Shown: positions 17,543 to 27,295, numbered from the stretch's first letter. The stretch: 64,000 nt of DNA from Candidatus Corynebacterium faecipullorum (GCA_019114925.1 DXEO01000114.1:192-64191); one strand, 5' to 3'. The notes: generated by a model from the sequence alone, not told the origin. A program made the numbers and translations.

Positions 17543-19264
17543 CTACTCGTCGTGCTGATTGCTTTGCGACGCTTGGGGCGCGCCCTCAGACTCTTCATGC
17601 TGAATGCGTGAGACATGCAGTCGGGCGTGGGCGATGGCGTCGAGCGTGTTGTCGAAGGCGTGATTCTCGTGCGCAAGCTGGTCGAATACGCCGAGTTCGC
17701 GCAACACCGGAACATGTTCGGGCTTCGTGGCTGCGAGTAAGACAGTGGTATCGCGGCGTTCGAGGTGCCCGATGGTGTCGGCGAGCATCTGGGAGCCGGT
17801 GGCGTCGATCGTCGTGAGATAGCGCATGCGGAGCACGACAACCTTGACCGACGAGACATCAGCAAGCTCGAGGAGGAAATCGTGCGCTGCACCAAAGAAG
17901 AGTGGGCCTTCTAGGCGGAAGGCGGCAATGTGCTCGTCGAGGAGCTCGCGTTCCTTGTCGCGGTGGTCTCCCGTTTCCAGTGGGGCGGACTCTAAGACCG
18001 CCGTGCGGGCGGTATCGCGTAGCGCGAAGAAGCCCGCTATAACAAGGCCGATGAGCACGGCGACGACAAGGTCGAACACGACGGTGGCGGCAGCCGTGAT
18101 GAACAGCGTGACTCCGTCGCCCTTGGTGGCGCGCATCACCGAGCGGAGGTTCCGCGGGTGGATCATCTGGATCGCAGTGGCGATGAGCACGCCGGCGAGC
18201 GCGGCGAGAGGGATCTCACCCACCCACCGGGCCGCGACGAGCACGGCGACGAGCAGGAGCAGCGAATGGAACACCGCTACCAGGCGCGTACCTGCACCGG
18301 CCCGCACGTTGACAGCAGTTCGGGCGATCGCGGCGGTCGCGGGAATTCCGCCGAACAGAGGCGCGACGACGTTGGCCACGCCCTGCCCGAAGAGCTCGCG
18401 GTCGGGATCATGCCGGTCGCCGACGGTCATTGCGTCGGCGACCGTCGCGGACAGCAAGGACTCCAACGCACCGAGAGCCGCGACGGCAACCGCTGCCAAG
18501 AGCAGGGAATCCAGGTGCTCCCACGGGATTTGCGGCAAGCGCGGAGCAGGCAACGTCGACGGGATGTACCCGATTGTCTTCAGGTTGCTGTCTGCCAGCA
18601 TGTTGATGGCCGTCGCGGCAGCTACCGACACCAACGCCGCGGGAAAGCCACTACGAACGCGCGCCGCAACCACAATTCCGGCCGCCACCGCGAGGGTCAT
18701 CACGGGTGCTTGCCATGCCGGGGCATCTAACCAAGCTTTGATTGCGCCCCACGCCAACCCGAGGACCTTCTCGCCGTCCACGTCAACGCCGAGTGCTGCA
18801 GGCAGCTGCTGGAGGCCGATGATCACCGCAATACCGGCTGTGAAACCTTCGACGACAGGCAACGGCATGTACTTCATCGCGCGGCCAGCGCCGGTGAAGG
18901 CCAGCAAGAGCAGCAAAAGCCCCGCCAGCACGCCGACGACGAGCACCCCATCGGCACCATGGTCGGCCACGATGGGGATTAACACGACGGTCATTGCGCC
19001 GGTCGGGCCGCTTACCTGGACATTGCTACCGCCGAAGATCGCGGCCAGGATGCCCGCGACGATGGCCGTTGTGATTCCGGCTGCCGCGCCGACACCGGAC
19101 GCAACACCGAAGCCGAGCGCCAGGGGGAGTGCAACGAGGGCCACCATAAGCCCTGCCGAGAGATCGCGCCCGATCGTCGCGCGGGACCAGTCCGAGCGGC
19201 GCGGTGCGAAACGCAGGGCACGGGAACCGATGCCCTCCTGAGAGACAGCGGAGGGGTGGGTCAT
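17543..19264 (-). CDS. SulP/SLC26 anion transporter with STAS domain
   Basis: DLSAGLMVALVALPLALGF, SGPTGAM, ESLLSA, ATAAIARTAVN, STAS LFFGAA...IDATG. AAGGAG RBS. Confidence 0.93.
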   Translation of the reverse strand: MTHPSAVSQEGIGSRALRFAPRRSDWSRATIGRDLSAGLMVALVALPLALGFGVASGVGAAAGITTAIVAGILAAIFGGSNVQVSGPTGAMTVVLIPIVADHGADGVLVVGVLAGLLLLLLAFTGAGRAMKYMPLPVVEGFTAGIAVIIGLQQLPAALGVDVDGEKVLGLAWGAIKAWLDAPAWQAPVMTLAVAAGIVVAARVRSGFPAALVSVAAATAINMLADSNLKTIGYIPSTLPAPRLPQIPWEHLDSLLLAAVAVAALGALESLLSATVADAMTVGDRHDPDRELFGQGVANVVAPLFGGIPATAAIARTAVNVRAGAGTRLVAVFHSLLLLVAVLVAARWVGEIPLAALAGVLIATAIQMIHPRNLRSVMRATKGDGVTLFITAAATVVFDLVVAVLIGLVIAGFFALRDTARTAVLESAPLETGDHRDKERELLDEHIAAFRLEGPLFFGAAHDFLLELADVSSVKVVVLRMRYLTTIDATGSQMLADTIGHLERRDTTVLLAATKPEHVPVLRELGVFDQLAHENHAFDNTLDAIAHARLHVSRIQHEESEGAPQASQSNQHDE

Positions 19265-19417
19265 GCTATTTTCTTGCTCCTTCAGAACTCAACAACACCC
19301 AGAGGATACCCAAGGTACTCTCCTCCGACGGCCACATTCCCGACTCTGGCCGTCCCCACCATCGCGGTCAATGCGTTCCTCGTCGGGGATGATTGGATTT
19401 AAGTACGGTGGTGTGGC

Positions 19418-20374
19418 ATGAAAGCCATCATTCAGACCAACCTGGAAGACCCGCACTCGCTGGAGTTGGGGGAAACCAATAAACCACAACTCCACGACGG
19501 CGAAGTCCTCGTTAAAGTCAAAGCCGCCGGCGTAAACCGCGCCGACCTGCTCCAGGCCCGCGGGCACTACCCGCCCCCACCAGGTGCTTCGGAGATTATC
19601 GGCCTCGAAGTCGCAGGCGAAGTCGTCGATGCCGGCAACACCGACGTTGCGGTTGGCTCCAAGGTCGGCGCCCTGCTGGCCGGCGGCGGCTACGCCGAGT
19701 ACGTGGCCGTACCGCAAGGTCAGCTGCTGCCTATCCCCACCGGCTATTCCTTTGCCGAAGCCGCCTCCGTTATCGAGGTGGCCTGCACCGTATGGTCCAA
19801 CATCGCCATGGAAGCGAAACTAGATAAGGGCCAGACCATCCTCATCCACGGCGGCGCGGGTGGTATCGGCACTTTCGCCATCCAAGTGGCCAAGCAACTC
19901 GGCGCCACCATCGCCGTGACGGCAGGATCCGCAGAAAAACTCAAGACCTGCAAGGAGCTCGGCGCGGATATCCTCATCAACTACAACGAGCAGGACTTCG
20001 CCGAGGAACTGAAGAATCAGTGCGATGTCATCCTCGACATCATGGGGGCGAAGTACCTCAAGAAGAACCTCATCGCGCTGGCTAAGGGTGGCCACATGGT
20101 CACCATCGGTATGCAGGGTGGCACGAAGGCCGAGCTCAACATGGCTATTCTGCTTAACAAGCGCCTGACCCTGCAGGGCACCACGCTGCGCTCCCGCTCG
20201 CTGGAGGGCAAGGCCGCCATCGTCGCGGACACCGTCAAAAACGTCTGGCCTTGGCTGGAGGAGGGCAGCGTCAAGCACCACTTGCACGCCACCTACGCGC
20301 TTGCTCACGCCGCCGAAGCCCACAAAGCCCTCGACTCCGGCGAGGTGACGGGCAAGCTCGTCCTCGAGGTCTAA
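19418..20374 (+). CDS. NAD(P)H-quinone oxidoreductase (PIG3 family)
   Basis: GVNRADLLQ..G.YPPPPG, HGGAGGIGT, GTTLRSR. Confidence 0.92.
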   Translation: MKAIIQTNLEDPHSLELGETNKPQLHDGEVLVKVKAAGVNRADLLQARGHYPPPPGASEIIGLEVAGEVVDAGNTDVAVGSKVGALLAGGGYAEYVAVPQGQLLPIPTGYSFAEAASVIEVACTVWSNIAMEAKLDKGQTILIHGGAGGIGTFAIQVAKQLGATIAVTAGSAEKLKTCKELGADILINYNEQDFAEELKNQCDVILDIMGAKYLKKNLIALAKGGHMVTIGMQGGTKAELNMAILLNKRLTLQGTTLRSRSLEGKAAIVADTVKNVWPWLEEGSVKHHLHATYALAHAAEAHKALDSGEVTGKLVLEV

Positions 20375-21582
20375 GCCAAAGACGCGACCACGCGGGTAAG
20401 GTGCTCCACGTCGTGGTAGGTGCTGAACGGACTCAGCGAGACCGTGACGGCACCGCCGACCTCTTCCACACCCATCTCTGTAAGCAACGGCGTATGCGGG
20501 GCGATGGTAGTCACCAAACCATTGTCGAAGAGCCGTCGGTGGATCACATCCGCAGGCACATCGCGCACGGCGAAGGTGAGGCGCGGAAGGCGGTCATCGG
20601 AGGCGTCGGCAGCCGCCTCACCGGTCACACCCAGGATGTGAACGGCCGGCAGCGTGCCCAACAAGCTGTAGAGATCCCCGGTGAGATCCTCCATATAACC
20701 GGCAAGGGCTTGCATCGAACGCGTCAGGCGCACGCGGCGCGAACCGCGCTCCCCGCCGGCGAGTTCTGCTAGATGATCCACCAGGGGACCAACGCCACCC
20801 GCCAAGCCTGCGGAGACCGGGCCAACAACGAGCTCATCAAGGCGGCGGAACATCGCAGTATCGCGGAAGACCAGCGCCGCCATCTGTGGACCACCAAGAG
20901 CGCCCACATCCACGCCGAGGATGTCCGCCCCAATCGCATCAAAGTCGAGGAGACGGTAGGGGGCGATCGAGGAGACGTCGACGAGCACCCATGCGCGCGA
21001 GCGTTCATGGACCGCATCAATAATCTCCGAGGCCAGCGTGACCGTGCCCAGCAGCTCATGGGCTGCAGAAAAGGCGACAAAACGCGTCGAGCCATCAACC
21101 AGATCAGCGTACTGGAAGGCCGGCAACTCGCCAGTTCCCAAGTCCGGCTGCGCCCACCGAATATCAGTACCGAGGTGTGCAAACGCGCTCGTAAACTCCG
21201 AAGAATCAAAACGGGAGAGCACCACCGAAGACTGGCGGCGCAGAAGCGGGTGCAATGCAGCGCCCAAAGCCTGGTACAGCACCGGCAGCGACGGGCCCAG
21301 GATGACGCGCTCCGCCGTCGCCCCCGTGAGATCGGCCACCGCCCGGCGCGCGGAAGCATACATGTCTGCCGCGTGGAGCTCCCCGGAGTCGTGATGCGCC
21401 GAGTGCGCCCCTACGGCATCCTCCAGAGGCTTCACCGTGGCGGACATGCGGAAAGAGCGGGCAACACCAGAGGCCACGCGTTCCGCAATCTGCGGCGCGG
21501 CATGCGCGTTCAGGTAGGTCCAACCATCGGACAGACCAGTGTAAAGACCTCGCACGCTGGCGACGTCATACTGTTCCGTCAT
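20371..21582 (-). CDS. class V aminotransferase / cysteine desulfurase-like protein (Rv3778c-like)
   Basis: YDVASVRGLYTGLSDGWTYL N-terminus, fold-type-I features, conserved position beside wzm. Confidence 0.8.
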   Translation of the reverse strand: MTEQYDVASVRGLYTGLSDGWTYLNAHAAPQIAERVASGVARSFRMSATVKPLEDAVGAHSAHHDSGELHAADMYASARRAVADLTGATAERVILGPSLPVLYQALGAALHPLLRRQSSVVLSRFDSSEFTSAFAHLGTDIRWAQPDLGTGELPAFQYADLVDGSTRFVAFSAAHELLGTVTLASEIIDAVHERSRAWVLVDVSSIAPYRLLDFDAIGADILGVDVGALGGPQMAALVFRDTAMFRRLDELVVGPVSAGLAGGVGPLVDHLAELAGGERGSRRVRLTRSMQALAGYMEDLTGDLYSLLGTLPAVHILGVTGEAAADASDDRLPRLTFAVRDVPADVIHRRLFDNGLVTTIAPHTPLLTEMGVEEVGGAVTVSLSPFSTYHDVEHLTRVVASLA

Positions 21583-21739
21583 GCTTCAACCCTTCCTCCC
21601 GATGCGGATGAACGCTCCCTACTCTATACGCCCTACCTAAATCTTTCCTAACCCTCGATTTCCCCAGCTCATTCGTGTTTTCCCAGGTTAAGGGCGTGTG
21701 TGTAGGTGTTTGGCGGAGGTGCGCGCTAGGGTGAAGGAC

Positions 21740-22630
21740 GTGCAAGACAAGAAAAACCTGCGTGACGACGTCGCCCGCATGACCTCCGCGCCTGCACCCG
21801 GCGAGGAGCCGGCCTCGCGTTCCATGACCATGTCGGCGGCCTTCGCCGATATATTGCAAGGCGCGCGCCAGCGCGAGCTGTGGTTCAAGCTGGGCATCCA
21901 AGACATCCAGCAGCGCTACCGCCGCTCGGTGCTGGGTCCTTTCTGGATCACCATCGCAACCGGCGTGATGGCCGCGGCCCTGGGCCTGCTGTATTCCATG
22001 CTCTTCCAGATCCCCGTGGCGGAGTTCCTACCCCACGTAACCGTGGGCCTGATTGTGTGGAACTTCATTTCGGGCGCCATTAAGGAAGGCTCGACGGTCT
22101 TCATCGACAACGAGGGACTCATTAAACAGCTCCCAGCACCGCTTTCCGTGCACGTCTACCGCCTAGTGTGGCGGCAAACCCTCTTCTTGGGCCACAACCT
22201 CATCATCTGGCTGCTGCTCATTCTTATCTTCCCGCGCCACCTGGGCTGGGAGTTCTTCCTGTTCATCCCGGCGCTAGGACTCTTGCTGGTTAACGGCGTG
22301 TGGGTAGCCATGTTCTTCGGCATCATCGCCACCCGCTTCCGTGACGTTGCCCCGCTGCTGGAGGCTCTAACCCAGCTGCTCTTCTACGTCACGCCTATCG
22401 TGTGGATGACCAACACCTTGAAGGAACAGGGAGGCGCTGTGGCCAGCCGCGCGCGCATCGCTGAGATCAACCCGCTCTACCACTACATGGAGATCATCCG
22501 CGCCCCCATGATCGGCGAGCCCGTCGCCGGTTATCACTGGCTCATCGTCATCGGCTGTACCGTCGCCGGCCTGCTCATCGCCGGCCTGGCCATGCGCCAG
22601 TGGCGCTTCCGCGTCTCCTACTGGGTCTAG
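21740..22630 (+). CDS. wzm: galactan export ABC transporter permease
   Basis: DIQQRYRRSVLGPFWITI, TPIVW, NPLYHY. TAGGGT-N7-GTG start. Confidence 0.92.
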   Translation: MQDKKNLRDDVARMTSAPAPGEEPASRSMTMSAAFADILQGARQRELWFKLGIQDIQQRYRRSVLGPFWITIATGVMAAALGLLYSMLFQIPVAEFLPHVTVGLIVWNFISGAIKEGSTVFIDNEGLIKQLPAPLSVHVYRLVWRQTLFLGHNLIIWLLLILIFPRHLGWEFFLFIPALGLLLVNGVWVAMFFGIIATRFRDVAPLLEALTQLLFYVTPIVWMTNTLKEQGGAVASRARIAEINPLYHYMEIIRAPMIGEPVAGYHWLIVIGCTVAGLLIAGLAMRQWRFRVSYWV

Positions 22631-22642
22631 AAAGGATCGTCC

Positions 22643-23440
22643 ATGGTTTCCATTGATACGTATAACGCTTGCGTGGACTTTCCCATCTTTGATGCCAAGT
22701 CCCGTTCCCTCAAGAAGGCGATGCTCTCCACGGCCGGTGGCTCCATTGGCAAGAACGACCAGAACGTGGTCACGGTGGAAGCACTCAAAGACATCAACCT
22801 CCACCTGCGCGAAGGTGACCGCGTAGGCCTCGTCGGCCACAACGGCGCGGGCAAAACCACTCTGCTGCGCCTGCTCTCCGGCATCTACGAACCCACGCGC
22901 GGTGCTGCCGACGTCCGCGGGCGCGTGGCACCCGTCTTCGACCTCGGCGTGGGCATGGACCCGGAGGTCTCCGGCTACGACAACATCATCATCCGCGGCC
23001 TCTTCTTGGGCCAGACCATCAAGCAGATGAAGGCAAAGATGGATGAGATTGCGGAATTCTCTGAGCTGGGTGATTACCTCTCCATGCCGCTGCGTACCTA
23101 CTCCACCGGTATGCGCGTGCGCCTAGCACTAGGCGTGGTGACCTCCATTGAGCCGGAGATCCTGCTTCTCGACGAAGGCATCGGCGCCGTCGACGCCGCC
23201 TTCATGACCAAGGCTCGCGTCCGCCTCCAGGACCTGGTGAAGCGCTCCGGCATCCTGGTTTTTGCCTCCCACTCCAACGACTTCCTGGCGCAGCTGTGCG
23301 ATACCGCCCTATGGATCGACCACGGTCAGATTCGCTCGGTGGGCGAAGTCTCCGAGGTCGTCGGCGAGTACGAAGGGCCCGAAGTGGGCCAGTACGTGCG
23401 CGATTTGCGCAAGCGCTTCGACAACGAGGAGAACGTCTAA
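22643..23440 (+). CDS. wzt: galactan export ABC transporter ATPase
   Basis: GHNGAGKTT, YSTGM, LLLDE. Confidence 0.93.
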   Translation: MVSIDTYNACVDFPIFDAKSRSLKKAMLSTAGGSIGKNDQNVVTVEALKDINLHLREGDRVGLVGHNGAGKTTLLRLLSGIYEPTRGAADVRGRVAPVFDLGVGMDPEVSGYDNIIIRGLFLGQTIKQMKAKMDEIAEFSELGDYLSMPLRTYSTGMRVRLALGVVTSIEPEILLLDEGIGAVDAAFMTKARVRLQDLVKRSGILVFASHSNDFLAQLCDTALWIDHGQIRSVGEVSEVVGEYEGPEVGQYVRDLRKRFDNEENV

Positions 23441-23484
23441 GTTTCCGTGAAAACAGGCAACAATTCACTTGTTTTCACGGAAAC
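23441..23484. terminator. long hairpin between convergent wzt and GNAT genes
   Basis: 15-bp perfect stem GTTTCCGTGAAAACA / TGTTTTCACGGAAAC directly after the wzt stop. Confidence 0.75.
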
Positions 23485-23545
23485 CTCCCTGTTCCTACTG
23501 CCCTAGTTACCAAACTTTCTGGCCCCCAGCGAGGCCATACTTTCG

Positions 23546-24151
23546 TCACTTAGGGCACCTCACCCCGAGCAGCTCGCCCAGTTCCTCGCTGATACCACTG
23601 ACAGTCACTTCTGGCCCCGGCTGGTAATCCTCTTTGCGCAGCACGGCCTTGTTGCCTTCGATGGTGTAGCCCAGCTTGCGCGATACAGCCTGGGAAGCCG
23701 CGTTACCGGGATCCCACTCTGAGCGCAACCGATGAGCCCCTAGGTAATCAAAGCAGAAGACCGCAGCGGCATGGCGGATCTGCGTACCGATCCCGCGGCC
23801 CTGAAGGCGGTGGTAGATCCACGATCCGGTTAGGACCTCATGGTTTTCGGGGAAATTCTGCGCCCGCAGATCCACCGAACCAATGACTTCACCATCAAGG
23901 TGCACGCCGAAGTCCAGCGACCATTCTTCCGGGGACATCTGCACACGGTGCGCCCACCGGAAACTCGGGTCCGGCTTTTGCTTCAACCACGGGAACGTGT
24001 ATTCCGGAAGCGGCTCACCAAAAATCTCACTGGCACTAACACCGTGGATGGCGGCAATGTCGCTATCACGCAGCACCCGCAAGGTCAGCTCGCCAACCTG
24101 CACAGTAAGTTTGAATGGAGCCCACATGTCCTCGATACTTTTTAGAGCCAT
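23546..24151 (-). CDS. GNAT (RimJ/RimL-type) acyltransferase, Rv0802c-like
   Basis: GSWIYHRLQGRGIGT and NAASQAVSRKLGY. TACGAT-N7-ATG start. Confidence 0.85.
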   Translation of the reverse strand: MALKSIEDMWAPFKLTVQVGELTLRVLRDSDIAAIHGVSASEIFGEPLPEYTFPWLKQKPDPSFRWAHRVQMSPEEWSLDFGVHLDGEVIGSVDLRAQNFPENHEVLTGSWIYHRLQGRGIGTQIRHAAAVFCFDYLGAHRLRSEWDPGNAASQAVSRKLGYTIEGNKAVLRKEDYQPGPEVTVSGISEELGELLGVRCPK

Positions 24152-24194
24152 GGCTAGCATCGTATAACTCCCCACAAGTGGCACAATGGAACGC

Positions 24195-25100
24195 ATGACT
24201 GCCACCCTGTCCCAGGCCGGAACGACGGCCGCTGTGATCGTCACCCACCAGCGCGTGGAGCTGCTTCGCGCCTCCCTTGAGCAGGTGGTGAACCAGACAC
24301 ACCCGGTGCAGTGGGTGATCGTGGTGGATAACGGCGCGGAAGCAGCAGTAGAGGATCTCCTCCACGAACTCGCCGGCGAGCGCGGCGTCTACATGCCTTC
24401 TGAGACCAACCTCGGCGGTGCGGGCGGTTTTGCGCTGGGATTCCTCACCGCTCTCGCCCTGGGCGCGGATGCGGTGTGGTGCGCTGATGATGATGGCCGC
24501 CCCGCCGACCACCACGTGCTGGAGGAGCTCTACCGGGTTGCGGAAAACAACAGCCTCCACGAAGTCTCCCCTGCCGTGTGCAATATCGACGAGCCTGCCA
24601 AGCTCGCTTTTCCACTGCGCCAGGGTCTGGTGTGGCGGCGCTACATGAGCGAACTGGAGGGTGACTTTCTCCCCGGCATCGCCTCCCTTTTCAACGGCGC
24701 GCTCATCTCCGCCGAAGCCATGGAAATTATCGGCGTGCCGGACTACCGCCTTTTCATCCGTGGCGATGAGGTGGAATACCACCGCCGCCTGGTCAACTCG
24801 GGACTAAGCTTCGGCACCGCGCTGACCACCAGCTACCTGCACCCGGATGGCTCCGATGAGTTCAAGCCCATCCTCGGCGGAAAAATGCACACACAATACC
24901 CGGAGGGCGAGTTCAAGCGCTTCTTCACCTACCGCAACCGCGGCTATCTTCTGTGGCAGCGCGGCATGCGCAAGCTGCTGCCACAGGAATTCGCACGATT
25001 CGGCTGGTTCTTCCTAGTCCAGCAGCATGACGTGAAGGGATTCATGGAGTGGCTGCGCCTGCACAACCGCGGCCGAAAGGAAGACTTCCGCCGGCCCTAA
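24195..25100 (+). CDS. glfT1: galactofuranosyltransferase GlfT1 (GT2)
   Basis: VVDNG, NLGGAGGF, ADDDGRP, FIRGDEVEYHRRL. Next to wzm/wzt. CACAAT-N7-ATG. Confidence 0.9.
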   Translation: MTATLSQAGTTAAVIVTHQRVELLRASLEQVVNQTHPVQWVIVVDNGAEAAVEDLLHELAGERGVYMPSETNLGGAGGFALGFLTALALGADAVWCADDDGRPADHHVLEELYRVAENNSLHEVSPAVCNIDEPAKLAFPLRQGLVWRRYMSELEGDFLPGIASLFNGALISAEAMEIIGVPDYRLFIRGDEVEYHRRLVNSGLSFGTALTTSYLHPDGSDEFKPILGGKMHTQYPEGEFKRFFTYRNRGYLLWQRGMRKLLPQEFARFGWFFLVQQHDVKGFMEWLRLHNRGRKEDFRRP

Positions 25101-25552
25101 AACTCAAAGGACTTGCGCGTGCTGCGGAAAATGACCCACCGCTGCACAAAGAAGTTAATGAGTGTTGCCGTGCCTTGCGCAATCACAAAGGCCACCGCCA
25201 GTGCCCAAGACGAGGGCCAGTCTAGGTTGTGGTCGAAAAAGGGGAAGGCCCAGCGATACAACAAAATGTTGATCGCATAGGTCATGGCATAGGTGGCAAA
25301 CACGGCAGCAAAGCGGCGCTTCGAAGCCCGCGCGTTGAAGGTCCACCGCCGATTCAATAAATAAGCCACGAAGGTGCCCACAGCAAAGCCAACAGTTCGG
25401 GAACCCACGTCCCCGAATACCCCTAAACCAATTTGAAAAAGCCAGGTCAGGGAGACATCGATAAGCGCGGCAATAGCTCCCGTGATCGCGAACTTCGCGC
25501 CCTGCGCATGCAAGGAATTCGACCGGGAGAAGCGTTCGGCGCGACCGGGCAT
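25097..25552 (-). CDS. GtrA family flippase-like protein
   Basis: KFAITG, LNRRWTF, NFFVQRWVIF. Confidence 0.9.
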   Translation of the reverse strand: MPGRAERFSRSNSLHAQGAKFAITGAIAALIDVSLTWLFQIGLGVFGDVGSRTVGFAVGTFVAYLLNRRWTFNARASKRRFAAVFATYAMTYAINILLYRWAFPFFDHNLDWPSSWALAVAFVIAQGTATLINFFVQRWVIFRSTRKSFEF

Positions 25553-25554
25553 GG

Positions 25555-25965
25555 TTACTTTCCTTTGAAGATGAAGGCGCGCTGAATGGCGAAGTTGGTC
25601 ACCGTGGCCACGCCCTGCGCAATGACGAAGGCGATGGTGTCCTTGAGCGCGCCGTCGAAGCCCAAGCTGATCAGCGGGGCGTTAAGCACCCAGTAAAGAA
25701 AGTTTTGCACGGCGAAGGTGGACACATACAACAAGCCCACCGCACCGGCAGTGCGACCAGACACTTGGGCGCCAAAAGTCCAGCGGGCATTCGCCACGTA
25801 GGCGGCGATGGTGCCGAAGACCCAGCCAATCGCCTTCGCCAGAGAACGGTGTAGGCCTAGGTACGTGAGGAAGAGGGTAAGGCCATAATCTATCGCCGCG
25901 GTGAAAACACCGACGGATACGAAGCGCACGAGTTGGGTCTTCATGCTAGAAGTAGGTTCAGTCAC
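25555..25965 (-). CDS. GtrA family flippase-like protein
   Basis: QLVRFVSVG, ANARWTF, NFAIQRAFIF. Confidence 0.9.
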   Translation of the reverse strand: MTEPTSSMKTQLVRFVSVGVFTAAIDYGLTLFLTYLGLHRSLAKAIGWVFGTIAAYVANARWTFGAQVSGRTAGAVGLLYVSTFAVQNFLYWVLNAPLISLGFDGALKDTIAFVIAQGVATVTNFAIQRAFIFKGK

Positions 25966-25976
25966 GGCGAAATACT

Positions 25977-26852
25977 CTACCCGCGGACTAGGGCGCGGTA
26001 AATGTCCAGGCGGTCCACGGGCGCGACGGCGTTGTCACCATAGGCACCGAGAGAAGAAAGCACTTTGAGCGACGCCGAGCACAGCTCCCGGACCGCCAGA
26101 CCATGCAATTCTTCGCCATCATCGTCGACCCACCCCAGCGCGGCCATAGAGGTCTCCGCTACGGAATCGGTCAATTCGCGCCCGCCCATACAGGACAGCG
26201 CTAGAGCCATGGACCAGAAAGCATCTTTGCCCTCGTTCGTCACCTCACGCGGCAAGGTGCGCAGTTGGCGAAACACCTCAGGGTCAATGCTTACCTCACG
26301 CTTCAGATCCAGCGCTTGGAGGAGCGGAACGAAATCATAGAGCCGAGTTCTTTCAATCAGCGCGCGAACGGGCCTAGCCACAAGATCCAGAACTTCATCA
26401 ATGGTTTCCTGGCCGGTGAGCTCCGCATTCACGGCGGTGAGATCAAAAGGTGTCTGGAAAGAACCGGAGCCGCCCACGCACAGGGCCTCCGGCGTCCCGC
26501 TATCTCGCGGGTAGGTCTCCACCACAACGATCTCGAAATCCCACAGCCCCCAGGCGTAATCAACCTGCTCGCCCTCGCGGCTTAAGAATTCGCGCACGGT
26601 GTGGCTTGGATCGATTCTTTGGCCACGGGCTTCGGTGTGCTCAAAGAAGTGCCATGGGGAATCCTCGTGCGGCAGCCCGAAGCAGATTTCAAGAATATGG
26701 TGGAGCTCTTCCAACGTGAGCGCATCAGAGAAACCGATCTGACGGTGAACCTCGGCATCCGCGCGGACGTTGGATACCTGGCACAGCAAGGTTCGAGCAG
26801 AATCACCACGATTGGCGCGGACCTGCGCCAAATCCGTGACCTTTGAGCTCAT
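25977..26852 (-). CDS. hypothetical protein with pRiA4b ORF3-like N-terminal domain
   Basis: TLEELHHILEICFG...WHF, W.FEI.V and CVGGSG resemble that domain. TATGGT-N7-ATG start. Confidence 0.65.
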   Translation of the reverse strand: MSSKVTDLAQVRANRGDSARTLLCQVSNVRADAEVHRQIGFSDALTLEELHHILEICFGLPHEDSPWHFFEHTEARGQRIDPSHTVREFLSREGEQVDYAWGLWDFEIVVVETYPRDSGTPEALCVGGSGSFQTPFDLTAVNAELTGQETIDEVLDLVARPVRALIERTRLYDFVPLLQALDLKREVSIDPEVFRQLRTLPREVTNEGKDAFWSMALALSCMGGRELTDSVAETSMAALGWVDDDGEELHGLAVRELCSASLKVLSSLGAYGDNAVAPVDRLDIYRALVRG

Positions 26853-26872
26853 GTGCCCCACCATACGCATTT

Positions 26873-27295
26873 TTAGTTGCGGGCGGTGAGCTCGCGTGCT
26901 TCAAGCTCGCTGAGAATGAAGACGATGGCAGCACTGATTCCGCCCCAGACTGTCCAGGGTTTTGCCACCCCGCGGCGGCGAATAAATCCCACCACGCTGC
27001 GCTCAGTCTTTACGGTAATCCATCCGCCCAGCAGCAGAATTCCGAAGGCGACCGGGATGGCCCACACGGGGACATCGGGAGTCTCCGGCTCCGGCCGATC
27101 TTCGTGGCTCTCGGCATTAGTAATGGCCACGAGCGCGCCGAACCCGAGGAAGGACAGCACATAGGCGAAAACGAGCGCAGTCTTATTCTTAATCCAGTCG
27201 GGGAACGCGGTCATAACGCCGACGGCCGCGGCTTGGGTGATGCGTCCGGCGAGGGTGTCATCCAGCGCATAATTATCTTGCTTGGAAGAGGTCAT
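26873..27295 (-). CDS. hypothetical membrane protein
   Basis: 140 aa, 3-4 hydrophobic segments, TAAAGT-N7-ATG. Confidence 0.75.
   Translation of the reverse strand: MTSSKQDNYALDDTLAGRITQAAAVGVMTAFPDWIKNKTALVFAYVLSFLGFGALVAITNAESHEDRPEPETPDVPVWAIPVAFGILLLGGWITVKTERSVVGFIRRRGVAKPWTVWGGISAAIVFILSELEARELTARN

Noticed and set aside
17372-17611. 79-aa ORF MAEAAGFEPAV...
   Set aside because: Antisense reading of tRNA-Ser(TGA)
17826-19241. 471-aa ORF antisense to SulP, and similar long antisense ORFs over emb, pip, pepO and the decarboxylase
   Set aside because: Low-complexity Ala/Thr/Ser/Pro translations typical of reverse frames of GC-rich genes
19326-19392. Fluoride, SAM-IV or mini-ykkC riboswitch in the SulP leader
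   Set aside because: Core motifs absent, and the ACGR loops lack adequate closing stems
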